From positions 103,928 to 167,927 of the forward strand of contig VMGF01000002.1 in the NCBI GenBank assembly GCA_007376445.1: a stretch of DNA of 64,000 nucleotides, written 5' to 3'. Position numbers and translations under genes: made by a program. The stretch is from Parcubacteria group bacterium Gr01-1014_3. Its GTDB lineage: Bacteria; Patescibacteriota; Minisyncoccia; UBA6257; WO2-44-18. Under the pieces are notes generated by a model. The model was not told the origin of the DNA, did no database searches, and was given only the letters and a program-made list of their open reading frames with translations. Below, in pieces: positions 45,067 through 54,483 of the stretch (position 1 is the stretch's first letter; every line of letters starts with the position of its first letter).

Positions 45067-46497
45067 TTAATTAATTCGTTTCATTTTCCGTTTCACGGCG
45101 CGGATGCTTTCTTTTAAGGTGTCGGTGATAATGCCGAGCTCGTTTTTACGTTTATTTTCGCTATCAGAGCCGATGATCAGCGGTGGCGTGATCCGGATCG
45201 CGGAAATTCCCGCGTCCAAGAAAAGCACGCCACGCTTCCGGGATTCCAGTACCACTTCATTTCGGAAATTTGTGGCCGGTTTTATGGTATTCGGATTCCA
45301 GAATTCAATCCCGTGCATCAGACCCATGCCGCGGACATTGTGAACTACGTCCTTATTTTCCTCTTCGATCATGCGCAAGGCTGGACCTAGTTCCCCATCG
45401 CCAACCTCCTGGGCTCGCTGAGGAAGATTCTTGGATAATGTCTGCGAAAGCACTTCCAGCGCTATAGCGGAACCGAGAGGAGAGCCGGCAAAAGTACTCG
45501 ACTGCTGTCCCTTATTGGTCCAGCCCATCTTGTGATCGTAAATTACGGCGCTGAACGGAAAACCATGCGCCAGAGATTTCGACAACACTACGACATCCGG
45601 CTCGATGTTGAAATGCTCAAAGGCAAAAAGCTTTCCGGTACGCCCAAGGCCGGTTTGAATTTCATCAACCACGACATAAACGCCGTGATTTTTGAAAAAC
45701 CTCACCAAGTCCTGAATCGCCTCTTTAGAAGGAACATTAATGCCGCCTTCGCCCTGGATTAGCTCCAGCACCACCGCGTTGACCGAATCAATATCGATCA
45801 TACCCTTACGACATGCCGTCTTCAGCTTCTCTAGGTATTCATTTCTCGTGAGGTCGGTGTACTGAACATCACCATCGTCGTCATAAACAAAATACCGATG
45901 CTTAGCTGGAAAGTGAATGTGGTAATTAGGAAAAGCGTTGGTCGGATAATTCTCCCGCTGAATGGGTTTCGAACAGGTCAACGACAAAGCGCCGAGTGTT
46001 CGTCCATGGAAAGCGCCATAGCACGCCACGAAATCTTTACGATGCTTTTGAGTACCAGTCCGTACTCGAGCGTTATAGCAGAGCTTAATGGCCGCTTCAA
46101 TCCCCTCGGAGCCGGAGTTAGCAAAAACAACTTCACGCTCCACTTTCAACGGTGTCAGTTCAGCCAGCACATAGGCAAGCTCCAGCGCGTAATCATTTTG
46201 CATATCATGGTGAGGATAGCCGAAGACATCCTTCTGCTTTCGCAGGACCTCTCGGATAACTTGCCTGATCCTTTCATTGCCATAGCCTAGATTTTTAGTA
46301 CTCACTCCTCCCGAGGCATCGATTAATGACCGACGCTGACCATTATCCAAAACCATAATGCGCGAACCTTTGCCGTCTAAATAGGTCAATTTCTTATCAA
46401 TGACGGTAGTGCAAGCGTAACTATCTTCTCTCTTTTCGCGCGGTATTTTTTCAACTCGGCTAAAAAGCTTAGCGGCGCGTTCCTTGTCTGTATTCAA
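45067..46497 (-). CDS. class-III (omega) PLP-dependent aminotransferase
   Basis: VDEIQTGLGRTGKLFAFEHF, SKSL (PLP-Lys region). Confidence 0.8.
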   Translation of the reverse strand: MNTDKERAAKLFSRVEKIPREKREDSYACTTVIDKKLTYLDGKGSRIMVLDNGQRRSLIDASGGVSTKNLGYGNERIRQVIREVLRKQKDVFGYPHHDMQNDYALELAYVLAELTPLKVEREVVFANSGSEGIEAAIKLCYNARVRTGTQKHRKDFVACYGAFHGRTLGALSLTCSKPIQRENYPTNAFPNYHIHFPAKHRYFVYDDDGDVQYTDLTRNEYLEKLKTACRKGMIDIDSVNAVVLELIQGEGGINVPSKEAIQDLVRFFKNHGVYVVVDEIQTGLGRTGKLFAFEHFNIEPDVVVLSKSLAHGFPFSAVIYDHKMGWTNKGQQSSTFAGSPLGSAIALEVLSQTLSKNLPQRAQEVGDGELGPALRMIEEENKDVVHNVRGMGLMHGIEFWNPNTIKPATNFRNEVVLESRKRGVLFLDAGISAIRITPPLIIGSDSENKRKNELGIITDTLKESIRAVKRKMKRIN

Positions 46498-46607
46498 GAG
46501 GGTGCTCCTTTCATGAGCTACATTTTTTTAAAGGACAACAACCGGGTATATCATAATAAGATTTTGGCAGGATGTCTAGCGAAAAATTTAAATAAAAAAA
46601 CCCACTC

Positions 46608-47900
46608 CTAGGAGTGGGTTTCAATCGCTTTCATCAGAATTTCAGTCGCTTTCTTGATCTCGTCATAGGTGATGATCAGCGGTGGCATCAGGCGGGTGCT
46701 TTGCTCGCCGGTACTCATTAGAAGCAGGCCGCGATTCATCGCTTCCTCGACCACCTTATCCCGCGTCTTCGCGTCGGTGAAGGTCATCCGGCTCATGAGT
46801 CCCAGTCCGCTAATGTCGCTGACCAGTTCCTGAGCCTTCAGACTGTTACTTCTCGCTTCCCAGAGACCACCGCGCAGTACCAAGCCCATCTCATGCGATG
46901 CCTGAGCCAAGTTCTCGCTTTCCACAATCTCCAGGGACTTCAGCCCCGCGGCGCACGCCTGCGGATAACCGCCGAAAGTGTTGCAGTGCTCGGCCCTCTT
47001 CCGGTAACCGAATCCACTCCGGAAAATAGTCGCGCCAATCGGTATCACACCACCGCTCAACGCTTTCGCCACCGTCATAATATCCGGCTCTACTTCGTAG
47101 AAATCAGAGGCCCACATATGGCCGGTCCGTCCCAGTCCGGTCTGAACCTCATCGATAATGACTGTGACTTGGTTTTCATGCAGGTACTGGATCAGCACCT
47201 GCATCATCCGCTTCTTCGCCACATTGATCCCGCCTTCGCCCTGGACCAGTTCCAGCAAGGCAAAGTTGATCTCTTTAATGAATGGCCCGATGGAGCTTTG
47301 GACATACCGGAGATACTGCCTGGAGGTTTGGATGCAATCCAGGAATTCTTTTTTCGCCATCGTCTCGGGATTTTCTGACGGGAAGATAAGGTAGAACGCC
47401 CGGTTAATCCCGCCATTCAATCCTTCCACATGAAGCGGCTTAGAGCTGGTCGCGGTCCGGCAAAAGCCCAATCGGCCATGAAAATCACCGGCAAAGGTAA
47501 CCATGCCGCGCCGTTCTGGCCGCGCCTTCAGGCAGGCCAGGATCGCCGCTTCGACTGCTTCGCCGCCGGAATTGGAAAAGAAAACTTGCTTATCATATTT
47601 TCCGGGCGTAATGGCTGAAAGCTTCTCCGCGAGCATGACCTGATACTTGTTCAGATACATATTCCCGCTCCAGCCGGCTTCGTCGTTATCGAGAACCTCT
47701 TTCACAGCATTCAAAACTGCCGGGTGATTGTATCCGATATTGGATACTCCCGGACCCGAGGCAAAGTCCAAATAAGGCTTATCATTCAGCCAGATCGTGG
47801 AACCCTTAGCCTTCGTAAAGATCAGCGCCGGCTTCCAAGCAGAAATTGCCACATTCCGAACGGCCTTAATCCCTAACTTCGCGTAATCCGATGCTTCCAT
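46608..47900 (-). CDS. class-III PLP-dependent aminotransferase (second paralog)
   Basis: IDEVQTGLGRTGHMWASDFY, TVAKAL. Confidence 0.8.
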   Translation of the reverse strand: MEASDYAKLGIKAVRNVAISAWKPALIFTKAKGSTIWLNDKPYLDFASGPGVSNIGYNHPAVLNAVKEVLDNDEAGWSGNMYLNKYQVMLAEKLSAITPGKYDKQVFFSNSGGEAVEAAILACLKARPERRGMVTFAGDFHGRLGFCRTATSSKPLHVEGLNGGINRAFYLIFPSENPETMAKKEFLDCIQTSRQYLRYVQSSIGPFIKEINFALLELVQGEGGINVAKKRMMQVLIQYLHENQVTVIIDEVQTGLGRTGHMWASDFYEVEPDIMTVAKALSGGVIPIGATIFRSGFGYRKRAEHCNTFGGYPQACAAGLKSLEIVESENLAQASHEMGLVLRGGLWEARSNSLKAQELVSDISGLGLMSRMTFTDAKTRDKVVEEAMNRGLLLMSTGEQSTRLMPPLIITYDEIKKATEILMKAIETHS

Positions 47901-47913
47901 ATCACCTCCTTGT

Positions 47914-47928
47914 CACGCCAAGGGCGTG
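47914..47928. promoter_or_regulatory. inverted repeat CACGCC-AAG-GGCGTG in the divergent promoter region
   Basis: 6-3-6 dyad between divergent aminotransferase and dehydrogenase genes. Confidence 0.3.
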
Positions 47929-47986
47929 GCTTTCAAAGTTCCGCCCAAGAGTGTATCATTCCTGGCAGATATTTGAAAGGGACAAT

Positions 47987-49081
47987 ATGTCTAAACGTTT
48001 TGTAGTACTTGGCGGCGCCGGAACAATCGGACGAGTAGTGGTGCGCGATCTCTCCGAATCCCGGCCCGGCGATCATGTTATCATTGCAGATTACAACCAA
48101 GAGGCGGCGCAATTCGTGGCGGATACCATTAAGAATCCGGATATAGAAGTCCGTAAAGCGGATGCCCGTCAGCCGGAACTTTTAGCCGGTCTGCTCCGTG
48201 GCTCTGATGTAGTGATCAACTGCCTTCAGCACGACTACAATCTCATGGTGATGGCCGCGGCCCTGGAAGCGGGAACGAATTACGTGGACCTAGGCGGTTT
48301 GTTTACCTGGACCCGCAAGCAATTACGGCTTGATGAAAAATTTAGAAGCGCGGGATTGACGGCCGTGATCGGTGTGGGTTGTTCGCCCGGCATTACCAAT
48401 GTCCTTGCCGCTTACGCGGTAAAGCAGCTGACGAAAGTGAATTCCATAAAAATCCGGATTGGATCAAAAAATTTTAACCAGCCGGATAAAAAACTAAGCT
48501 TTCCATATTCGGCGCAAACGATCATTGAAGAGCTCACCCTGAAACCCTGGGTGTTCCAAGACGGACGGTTTCGCCAAGTATTGCCACGGACCGGCTGGGA
48601 ACAAACCCAATTCGACAAACCAGTGGGACCGGCCTGGACTGTCCGTACGCGACACAGCGAAATTGCCACCCTGCCGGTTAGTTTCAAAAAGAATGGCTTA
48701 CGATTCTGCGATTTCAAGGTCGGTCTTGACCGGCCATTCGTAAAAGAAGTAATGAAACGCTTGCGGAATGGCTGGACAATGCCGGAATTTCAAAAACTGG
48801 TTGCCACGCCTCCAGAACCCAACGACTATGAAATTGTAAGAGTGATGGCCGATGATATGACTATTGATTGCCATTCCCGCTCGCGTCCAGATTGGCGCGC
48901 CAGCGCCGGTGACATCAACACGGCTTGCCCCATCTCCATTGCCGCGCAGATGATCGCGGAGGGCGAGATTGAGCAGCCAGGCGTTTCACCGCCGGAGATT
49001 GCCATTCACCACGAATGCTTCGCCGCTGGTATATTTATCCTCAAACTCCAACTGTGCGGCATGAAAATCGTAATAAATTAA
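47987..49081 (+). CDS. saccharopine-dehydrogenase-like NAD(P)-binding oxidoreductase (carboxynorspermidine/saccharopine DH family)
   Basis: FVVLGGAGTIGRVV Rossmann start (true ATG 47987 with GAAAGGGA RBS), family-like length. Confidence 0.65.
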   Translation: MSKRFVVLGGAGTIGRVVVRDLSESRPGDHVIIADYNQEAAQFVADTIKNPDIEVRKADARQPELLAGLLRGSDVVINCLQHDYNLMVMAAALEAGTNYVDLGGLFTWTRKQLRLDEKFRSAGLTAVIGVGCSPGITNVLAAYAVKQLTKVNSIKIRIGSKNFNQPDKKLSFPYSAQTIIEELTLKPWVFQDGRFRQVLPRTGWEQTQFDKPVGPAWTVRTRHSEIATLPVSFKKNGLRFCDFKVGLDRPFVKEVMKRLRNGWTMPEFQKLVATPPEPNDYEIVRVMADDMTIDCHSRSRPDWRASAGDINTACPISIAAQMIAEGEIEQPGVSPPEIAIHHECFAAGIFILKLQLCGMKIVIN

Positions 49082-49088
49082 AAACTCA

Positions 49089-49118
49089 AAGCCCGATTGC
49101 TTCAATCGGGCTTTTTTG
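49089..49118 (+). terminator. rho-independent terminator
   Basis: aaagcccgattg-cttca-atcgggctttttt. Confidence 0.65.
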
Positions 49119-49154
49119 TTAATATAACGGCGGTTCATTTATAAGGAGACGCGT

Positions 49155-50525
49155 ATGATGTTGCGATCGATTAATCCATCGAATTATAAGGTTGTGGGTT
49201 CGGTTAAGGTCTCGACTCCCAAAGAAATTAGCGACAAAGTTCGCCAGGCTCGTCTTTACCAAAAATATTGGTCGGAAATGGGAGCGGCGATGCGAGTTCA
49301 TATGGTGCGTAAAGCGATGGCCGAATTTGAAAAGCGGAAGGACGAAGTGATCAAGCTGGAATCGATGGAGATGGGCAAACCCATTACCGCGGCAGCCAGC
49401 GACTTCAATGACGCGATGGCTTTCGCCAACTGGTACTTGGACAACGCGGAAAAGTGCCTCGCCGCAGAAACGACTTTCGAGGACGAAAAGGAAATTCACC
49501 GGGTTTACCGTGAACCGCTCGGAGTGGCCGCGGTGATTATTCCTTGGAATTACCCGTTCCTGATGTTCGTCTGGACGGTCATTCCCAATCTGCTGGCCGG
49601 TAACTGCGTGGTTCTCAAGCACTCGGAAGAGTGCCCGCTAATAGGAAAGCTCATTGAAGAAGTGATGCATAAGTACGTTCACGTGAGCGCCTTTTCGGAA
49701 GTTTACGGCGGCGGCGAGGTCGGGATGCTGCTAGTTCGGAACGATATTGGTCTCATTTCTTTTACCGGCAGTACTGCAACCGGGAAAAAGCTTTACGAAA
49801 CCGCCGGCCGGAAGTTCATCCGCGCGGTTATGGAAATGGGCGGCTCGGCTCCCGGAATTGTTTTTGAAGATGCCAATATCGATGAGGCAGTCAAAAGCAT
49901 CTGCACTTATCGTTTGACCAATGCCGGTCAGTACTGCGATGGCCTGAAGCGGCTGATGGTTCATCAGGACCGATTTGAAGAGGTGGTCAGTAAGCTCTCC
50001 AATGCCTTCGCGACCCTGTGGGTTGGTCCGGCCGATCTTGAAAGCACCGAGCTGGGTCCTCTCGTCGCGAAACGACAGCTTGATCTCTTGGCAGCGCAAG
50101 TCGCTGATGCTAAGAGGTTGGAAGCTCGCGTAATCACTGGCGGTAAGTCATTGGAATCTGAGCTTGGGGGCGCGTTTTTCCAGCCCACGCTTTTGACCGG
50201 TGTTACTCCGGCAATGAGAGTCTGGAGAGAAGAGGTCTTTGGTCCAGTTCTGCCGGTGGTAAGGTTTAGAACCGAGGACGAGGCGATCTCAATCGCTAAC
50301 GACACAGTCTACGGACTCGGCGGATATGTTTACACCGCGGACATGAACCGGGCGGAGCGAGTGGCCCGCGCGCTCAAGACCGGCATGGTCAGCATCAACG
50401 GCACGAACTACACGACTCCGTTCAACCCCTTTGGCGGCTGGAAGAACTCCGGCATGGGCCGCGAGCATGGCAAGTACGGCTTCCACGAACTGACCCAAAC
50501 CAAGGTAGTCGCGAGAAATAAGTAA
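49155..50525 (+). CDS. NAD(P)-dependent aldehyde dehydrogenase
   Basis: ALDH family: FTGSTATG, catalytic EMGG.A and Cys region (QYCDGL). Confidence 0.85.
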   Translation: MMLRSINPSNYKVVGSVKVSTPKEISDKVRQARLYQKYWSEMGAAMRVHMVRKAMAEFEKRKDEVIKLESMEMGKPITAAASDFNDAMAFANWYLDNAEKCLAAETTFEDEKEIHRVYREPLGVAAVIIPWNYPFLMFVWTVIPNLLAGNCVVLKHSEECPLIGKLIEEVMHKYVHVSAFSEVYGGGEVGMLLVRNDIGLISFTGSTATGKKLYETAGRKFIRAVMEMGGSAPGIVFEDANIDEAVKSICTYRLTNAGQYCDGLKRLMVHQDRFEEVVSKLSNAFATLWVGPADLESTELGPLVAKRQLDLLAAQVADAKRLEARVITGGKSLESELGGAFFQPTLLTGVTPAMRVWREEVFGPVLPVVRFRTEDEAISIANDTVYGLGGYVYTADMNRAERVARALKTGMVSINGTNYTTPFNPFGGWKNSGMGREHGKYGFHELTQTKVVARNK

Positions 50526-50529
50526 AAGA

Positions 50530-50563
50530 AGACACCGGCTGTTTATAAACAGCCGGTTTTTTA
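50530..50563 (+). terminator. rho-independent terminator
   Basis: acaccggctgtttat-aaacagccggtttttt. Confidence 0.65.
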
Positions 50564-50608
50564 TTTCGTAAAATCCTTATTCGCTTATTCGCGCGAATTA
50601 GACCGTAT

Positions 50609-50642
50609 AACACTCCAACATTCTTAAGAATGTTGGAGTGTT
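50609..50642. repeat. palindromic repeat copy A (34 bp perfect: AACACTCCAACATTCTTAAGAATGTTGGAGTGTT)
   Basis: perfect palindrome centred on TTAA; identical core to copy C. Confidence 0.7.
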
Positions 50643-50654
50643 AATTGTACGCGT

Positions 50655-52187
50655 TTATTTTAAATCATCCAGAAGCCCCAATTTTACTAGGCGCGACCGA
50701 ATAGCTCCTTTTGTTCTATTAAATAGTGCGGCAAGATCGGCGACAAGTGAACCACCTACAAAAGATCTTCTTAATCTTTCATCTTGCGTTTCATCCCACG
50801 GCAAATAAGCGCTGGGGTGCTTCTCTCTTATTTTTTCATATGACACAAAATTTTTCTGTGCGGATATAGCCACAGGTTCGCCTTCTGCTGCCACGCTAAA
50901 CCTCTGCGCAGCCTTCTCCGACTGCGCTCGGAACTTTGTATCTTTTTCTAATACTTCTGGATGCACCCGAAACGCGAGCTCATTCCAACCAATAATATGA
51001 AGGCCTGAAAGTCTTCTCACGCGTGAAAGCGCGACATAGCCCTGTCCAAATTCAAAAACATCGCTCAAATCCACCACTGCCTCGTCCAAACTTATACCCT
51101 GACTCTTATGTACGGTAATCGCCCACGCAAGACGAAGCGGTAATTGTGTAATGCGCGCTCGAATTGCGCTATTCTCTTCTACTGTCCAATCCGTTGCCCT
51201 GACTTCAATCCGTCGTCCGTTTCTTGCCCTTACAACCGGACATCCGCTCTGCGCGTCAAATTTTTCAACCACGCCCAACGTGCCATTCACAAACCCTTCT
51301 TTCGGATTATTTTTTGTGAACATTACCGCCGCTCCAACTTTGAGATAGAGTGTCTCAGGCGAAAGACAACCCCTCTTAAGCATGGCAACAATTTTTTCTT
51401 GGCCCTGCGCGGACATAGTAAATGCACGAGGATCACCCGAAAGCTTGGCGAGTATTTCATTATTGACGCGATCCACATCAATATTGTGGGAAAAAAGTTT
51501 CGGCGCGCTATCGGGGATGGCGTGATTTGTAATTTTTCTAGCTTTAATGTGCCTTAAGTGTTCGTCGCCAAAAACGTTGCCGCGAATCGCCGAAAGCACG
51601 GCAAGAAAATCGGCATCGTCCTGTCTATGCTGCTCCTCAAGATAACAGACGACCGGCTTCGCTCGCTCCCAGGCGGGCGAGTCATAGGCAAAACCAGCCG
51701 CCGACTCTCGTATGAGAACATTGTCCGCGTTACTTTCCTCTTCAGCTTTAGAAACTGGCGGTAATTGGAAAAAGTCTCCGACTAAAACAATTTGAACTCC
51801 CCCAAAAGGTTCCTGGTTCCGTTTAATTTTGCGGCAAATAACGTCAATCATGGAAAGTGTTCCGGCGGAAAGCATAGAGACTTCGTCTACTATCAGTACT
51901 TGAGCCCGCTGGATGCGTTTTGTGATATTTCTATTTGATGAGATTTTATCAAGATCGTATTGGCTTAATTTAGTTTTAATGCCTATGCCGCTCCAAGAAT
52001 GAATTGTCATTCCTCCGATATGAGTCGCGGCAATACCGGTTGAGGCGGTAATCGCCGGCTCAATGCCCCGCGCGCGCAAATACGCCACATACTCGTTTAC
52101 TGTATGCGTTTTACCAGACCCAGGTTCGCCGGTCAAAAAAACATTAGCTGCCGTCTTCAAAATTGATAATGCTTGGGATTGGGTCAT
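50655..52187 (-). CDS. PIF1-like SF1B DNA helicase with C-terminal HTH-like extension
   Basis: Walker A GEPGSGKTHTV, Walker B LIVDEVSM, PIF1-family motifs; C-terminal 100 aa extra with DLAALFNRTKGAIRSRLVKLG. Confidence 0.65.
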   Translation of the reverse strand: MTQSQALSILKTAANVFLTGEPGSGKTHTVNEYVAYLRARGIEPAITASTGIAATHIGGMTIHSWSGIGIKTKLSQYDLDKISSNRNITKRIQRAQVLIVDEVSMLSAGTLSMIDVICRKIKRNQEPFGGVQIVLVGDFFQLPPVSKAEEESNADNVLIRESAAGFAYDSPAWERAKPVVCYLEEQHRQDDADFLAVLSAIRGNVFGDEHLRHIKARKITNHAIPDSAPKLFSHNIDVDRVNNEILAKLSGDPRAFTMSAQGQEKIVAMLKRGCLSPETLYLKVGAAVMFTKNNPKEGFVNGTLGVVEKFDAQSGCPVVRARNGRRIEVRATDWTVEENSAIRARITQLPLRLAWAITVHKSQGISLDEAVVDLSDVFEFGQGYVALSRVRRLSGLHIIGWNELAFRVHPEVLEKDTKFRAQSEKAAQRFSVAAEGEPVAISAQKNFVSYEKIREKHPSAYLPWDETQDERLRRSFVGGSLVADLAALFNRTKGAIRSRLVKLGLLDDLK

Positions 52188-52188
52188 T

Positions 52189-52548
52189 TTAATCGAAAAC
52201 AGTTACCTCGCCTTTTTCGTATTTCCCAGTCTCCCATCCGCCATATATAAAATGATCGCCATCCTGGTGAAAGTACAACGCGGTAGAACCGTCAATAATA
52301 AGCTGAAAGCCGCGTAAACCCGATTTTGAAGGGATGATATCTATTCGTTCCGTTGCTTGGAAAAATTCACTTGCTTGATTGGCGACGTCCGAATTAACAC
52401 CAAGCTCGCGCGATAGCCGCTTTACGCCGCGAAGAGGCGATACCCTAAGCAATACCCGCGTCCACCAACTCACACCGCCTTCCTTAAGATTTTTTAAATC
52501 AAATTGTATTTTTTTATTCTCGAAATCGAAATCTTCCATATCAGACAT
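52189..52548 (-). CDS. hypothetical protein, translationally coupled to the helicase
   Basis: stop 1 nt before the helicase start; no motif recognised. Confidence 0.45.
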   Translation of the reverse strand: MSDMEDFDFENKKIQFDLKNLKEGGVSWWTRVLLRVSPLRGVKRLSRELGVNSDVANQASEFFQATERIDIIPSKSGLRGFQLIIDGSTALYFHQDGDHFIYGGWETGKYEKGEVTVFD

Positions 52549-52589
52549 TGGTACATTATGCTAATTCGTAAAGCTGTAAGTCAAGGCTT

Positions 52590-52635
52590 CCAATAAACAC
52601 TCTAACATTCTTAAGAATGTTAGAGTGTTTATTGG
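52590..52635. repeat. palindromic repeat copy B (46 bp perfect, variant with symmetric compensatory changes)
   Basis: ccaataaacactctaacattc-ttaa-gaatgttagagtgtttattgg. Confidence 0.7.
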
Positions 52636-52898
52636 AATGTTTTTATGAATTTTATAAATCGTTCTCCGTAGGGTGAAAGTGAATGAATCACATTCCTGCC
52701 TCGGTATTTTTTGTTTACAAGGCCAGCTTGGACCAATCGCCTAGTATGCTCGGAAATGGTTTTGAAATTTTTATTCAAACTTTTAGCAATTCCATCCAGG
52801 TTAATATCAGGGTTTTTAAAAACTAAAAACAATATATCAATCCGGCAATAATTGGCCACGCCCTTGAAATGTCGTTCGAGTTGTTTCGCGCTTCTCAT
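52629..52898 (-). CDS. ArsR/SmtB-like winged-helix transcriptional regulator
   Basis: 89 aa; HTH region ISEHTRRLVQAGLV followed by wing. Confidence 0.55.
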   Translation of the reverse strand: MRSAKQLERHFKGVANYCRIDILFLVFKNPDINLDGIAKSLNKNFKTISEHTRRLVQAGLVNKKYRGRNVIHSLSPYGERFIKFIKTFQ

Positions 52899-52932
52899 GC
52901 TCCAAATCTTAAAACATTTAGTGTCTTAAAAC

Positions 52933-52966
52933 AACACTCCAACATTCTTAAGAATGTTGGAGTGTT
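52933..52966. repeat. palindromic repeat copy C (34 bp, identical to copy A)
   Basis: seen directly. Confidence 0.7.
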
Positions 52967-52987
52967 TAAATGAATTTTCATTAAGCT

Positions 52988-53716
52988 TTAAAAAATGGAG
53001 GGGTAGCCGAGGTAGTACTTGAGGGTGTGGATCCAGTCTTCGTCTTGGCTGCCTTCGGCTTGTTTACTGCCCAGCATCCATTCCAGGTAGCCGCGGTCGG
53101 TTTGGGCCACGTCCGCGATCTTTTTGTCTTTGTGTTTTCCGAAGTTAAATACTCTGAATAATGATGGCCGGCCGGAAATATCAATCATCTTGGCGATGGC
53201 TTCGGGTTCGGAGAGGCCGGTATCCATCATTTTTTTGAGCAGACGGTTAAAAAGCGCGTGGAGGACTTTCACGTCCCCTTCCGCGTCGTGGGCGTTGGCG
53301 TCTTCCACATCCAGTTCCAAAAAATACCGTAAAAAAGATAAATTGTATTCCGGGATCTGATTCTCCGGGTCTAGTTCCCGGGCCACCCGGAAAGTGCAGA
53401 TCCGCTTCGGGATATTCATTCCCTCGGCTTCCAGGATCGCGCAGTCGAATTTCGCATTATGCGCCACCAGGATTCCCCCATCGGTCAGCTTGGCCTGCAA
53501 GTCTTTCATCGTCGCGCTGTCTTTGAATGGCTCCTTATCCGCCAGCATCTTGTTGGTGATATTGGTAATACTCATGGCCTTTATCGACACCGGAATTGGC
53601 GGCTTAAAATAACCTACTTTAACCCCATCGGAAGTTTTGTAGCAAATCTGACAGAGCCTGTCCTTGGCCACATCATTGCCAGTCGTTTCGGTATCTAAAA
53701 AAATAAGTTGGGGCAT
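52988..53716 (-). CDS. DEDDh 3'-5' exonuclease (DnaQ-like)
   Basis: Exo I FLDTETTG, Exo II HNAKFD, Exo III HDAEGDVKVL. Confidence 0.75.
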   Translation of the reverse strand: MPQLIFLDTETTGNDVAKDRLCQICYKTSDGVKVGYFKPPIPVSIKAMSITNITNKMLADKEPFKDSATMKDLQAKLTDGGILVAHNAKFDCAILEAEGMNIPKRICTFRVARELDPENQIPEYNLSFLRYFLELDVEDANAHDAEGDVKVLHALFNRLLKKMMDTGLSEPEAIAKMIDISGRPSLFRVFNFGKHKDKKIADVAQTDRGYLEWMLGSKQAEGSQDEDWIHTLKYYLGYPSIF

Positions 53717-53745
53717 GCGTTAATTAACTCATTCTACTATTTTCT

Positions 53746-54477
53746 CTATTTTTGCGAAACGCCAAGAGCGGAAATAATCTTATTCCCCATCTCTTCCGAC
53801 CAGTTCGTTATCGGCGAAAGTTCAAAAATGTGGTTTGTAAGTTTGCTAGCCTCGGTTATAAAAATTCCAGTTTCGCCGGTAATTTTCCCGATTTTTCCAC
53901 CCGCCAAAACCAACATTGCCATCACCCGAACATCTACCCCTTTAGTCTTAAAGAATTTAACCAAAAAATCTTTTTGTCGCGCAGTTTGCCAAACGGGCCT
54001 AGGAAGTTCAAAAAAGTTATACCATCCTCTCTTTTTATGCATGTGCCCTGCTTCAAAATCGAAAACACCAGAATAATTTTTAACCTCAAGAATAATTACG
54101 CCCTTGGGACCGAGTAAAAGCCCATCAATATCACCGATGCGCGTATTGGGGATTATATAATTCGGCACATAGATATAGCTGTCGTCCAAAGTTTCCTTTA
54201 ACATGTTAAGGATTTTTTCTTCGCCTTCCTTACCGGATTGAAATCCAGAAATTTTATCGAACAATGGATCTCCGTATTTTCGGCTAATTAAAATTATGAT
54301 TAAGCCGATAGTAGTAACTACCCACAAATATTTTGATTGACGTAAGGTTGGAATCACCAAGGTCAATGCAATCGTTACCATCACGAAGAGTATCACAAGC
54401 AAAACCGCTGTACCCCAAGGTGCATACTTGCGAAGATTTTTCGAGCTATAAGATTCTTGAAATTGGATAATTTTCAT
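53746..54477 (-). CDS. NERD-domain nuclease-related protein, membrane-anchored
   Basis: 2 TM then NERD pattern GDIDGLLLG...VIILEVKNYSG. Confidence 0.65.
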   Translation of the reverse strand: MKIIQFQESYSSKNLRKYAPWGTAVLLVILFVMVTIALTLVIPTLRQSKYLWVVTTIGLIIILISRKYGDPLFDKISGFQSGKEGEEKILNMLKETLDDSYIYVPNYIIPNTRIGDIDGLLLGPKGVIILEVKNYSGVFDFEAGHMHKKRGWYNFFELPRPVWQTARQKDFLVKFFKTKGVDVRVMAMLVLAGGKIGKITGETGIFITEASKLTNHIFELSPITNWSEEMGNKIISALGVSQK

Positions 54478-54483
54478 TTTTTA

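Noticed and set aside
49119-50613. Antisense ORFs overlapping the aldehyde dehydrogenase gene (49119..49622, 49731..50099, 49964..50305, 50289..50498, 50422..50613)
   Set aside because: They lie opposite a strongly supported ALDH gene and have no motifs. They are typical GC-driven antisense ORFs. The same reasoning applies to the many other short antisense ORFs in the track, such as 8443..8760, 10043..10630, 26378..26932, 35045..35545 and 41687..42229.
50609-52966. Possible CRISPR array (repeated 34-bp palindromes)
   Set aside because: Only three copies, with irregular spacing (about 2 kb and 0.3 kb), and each is separated by full-length genes. CRISPR repeats are regularly spaced with 30-40 bp spacers. 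No cas genes were recognised.
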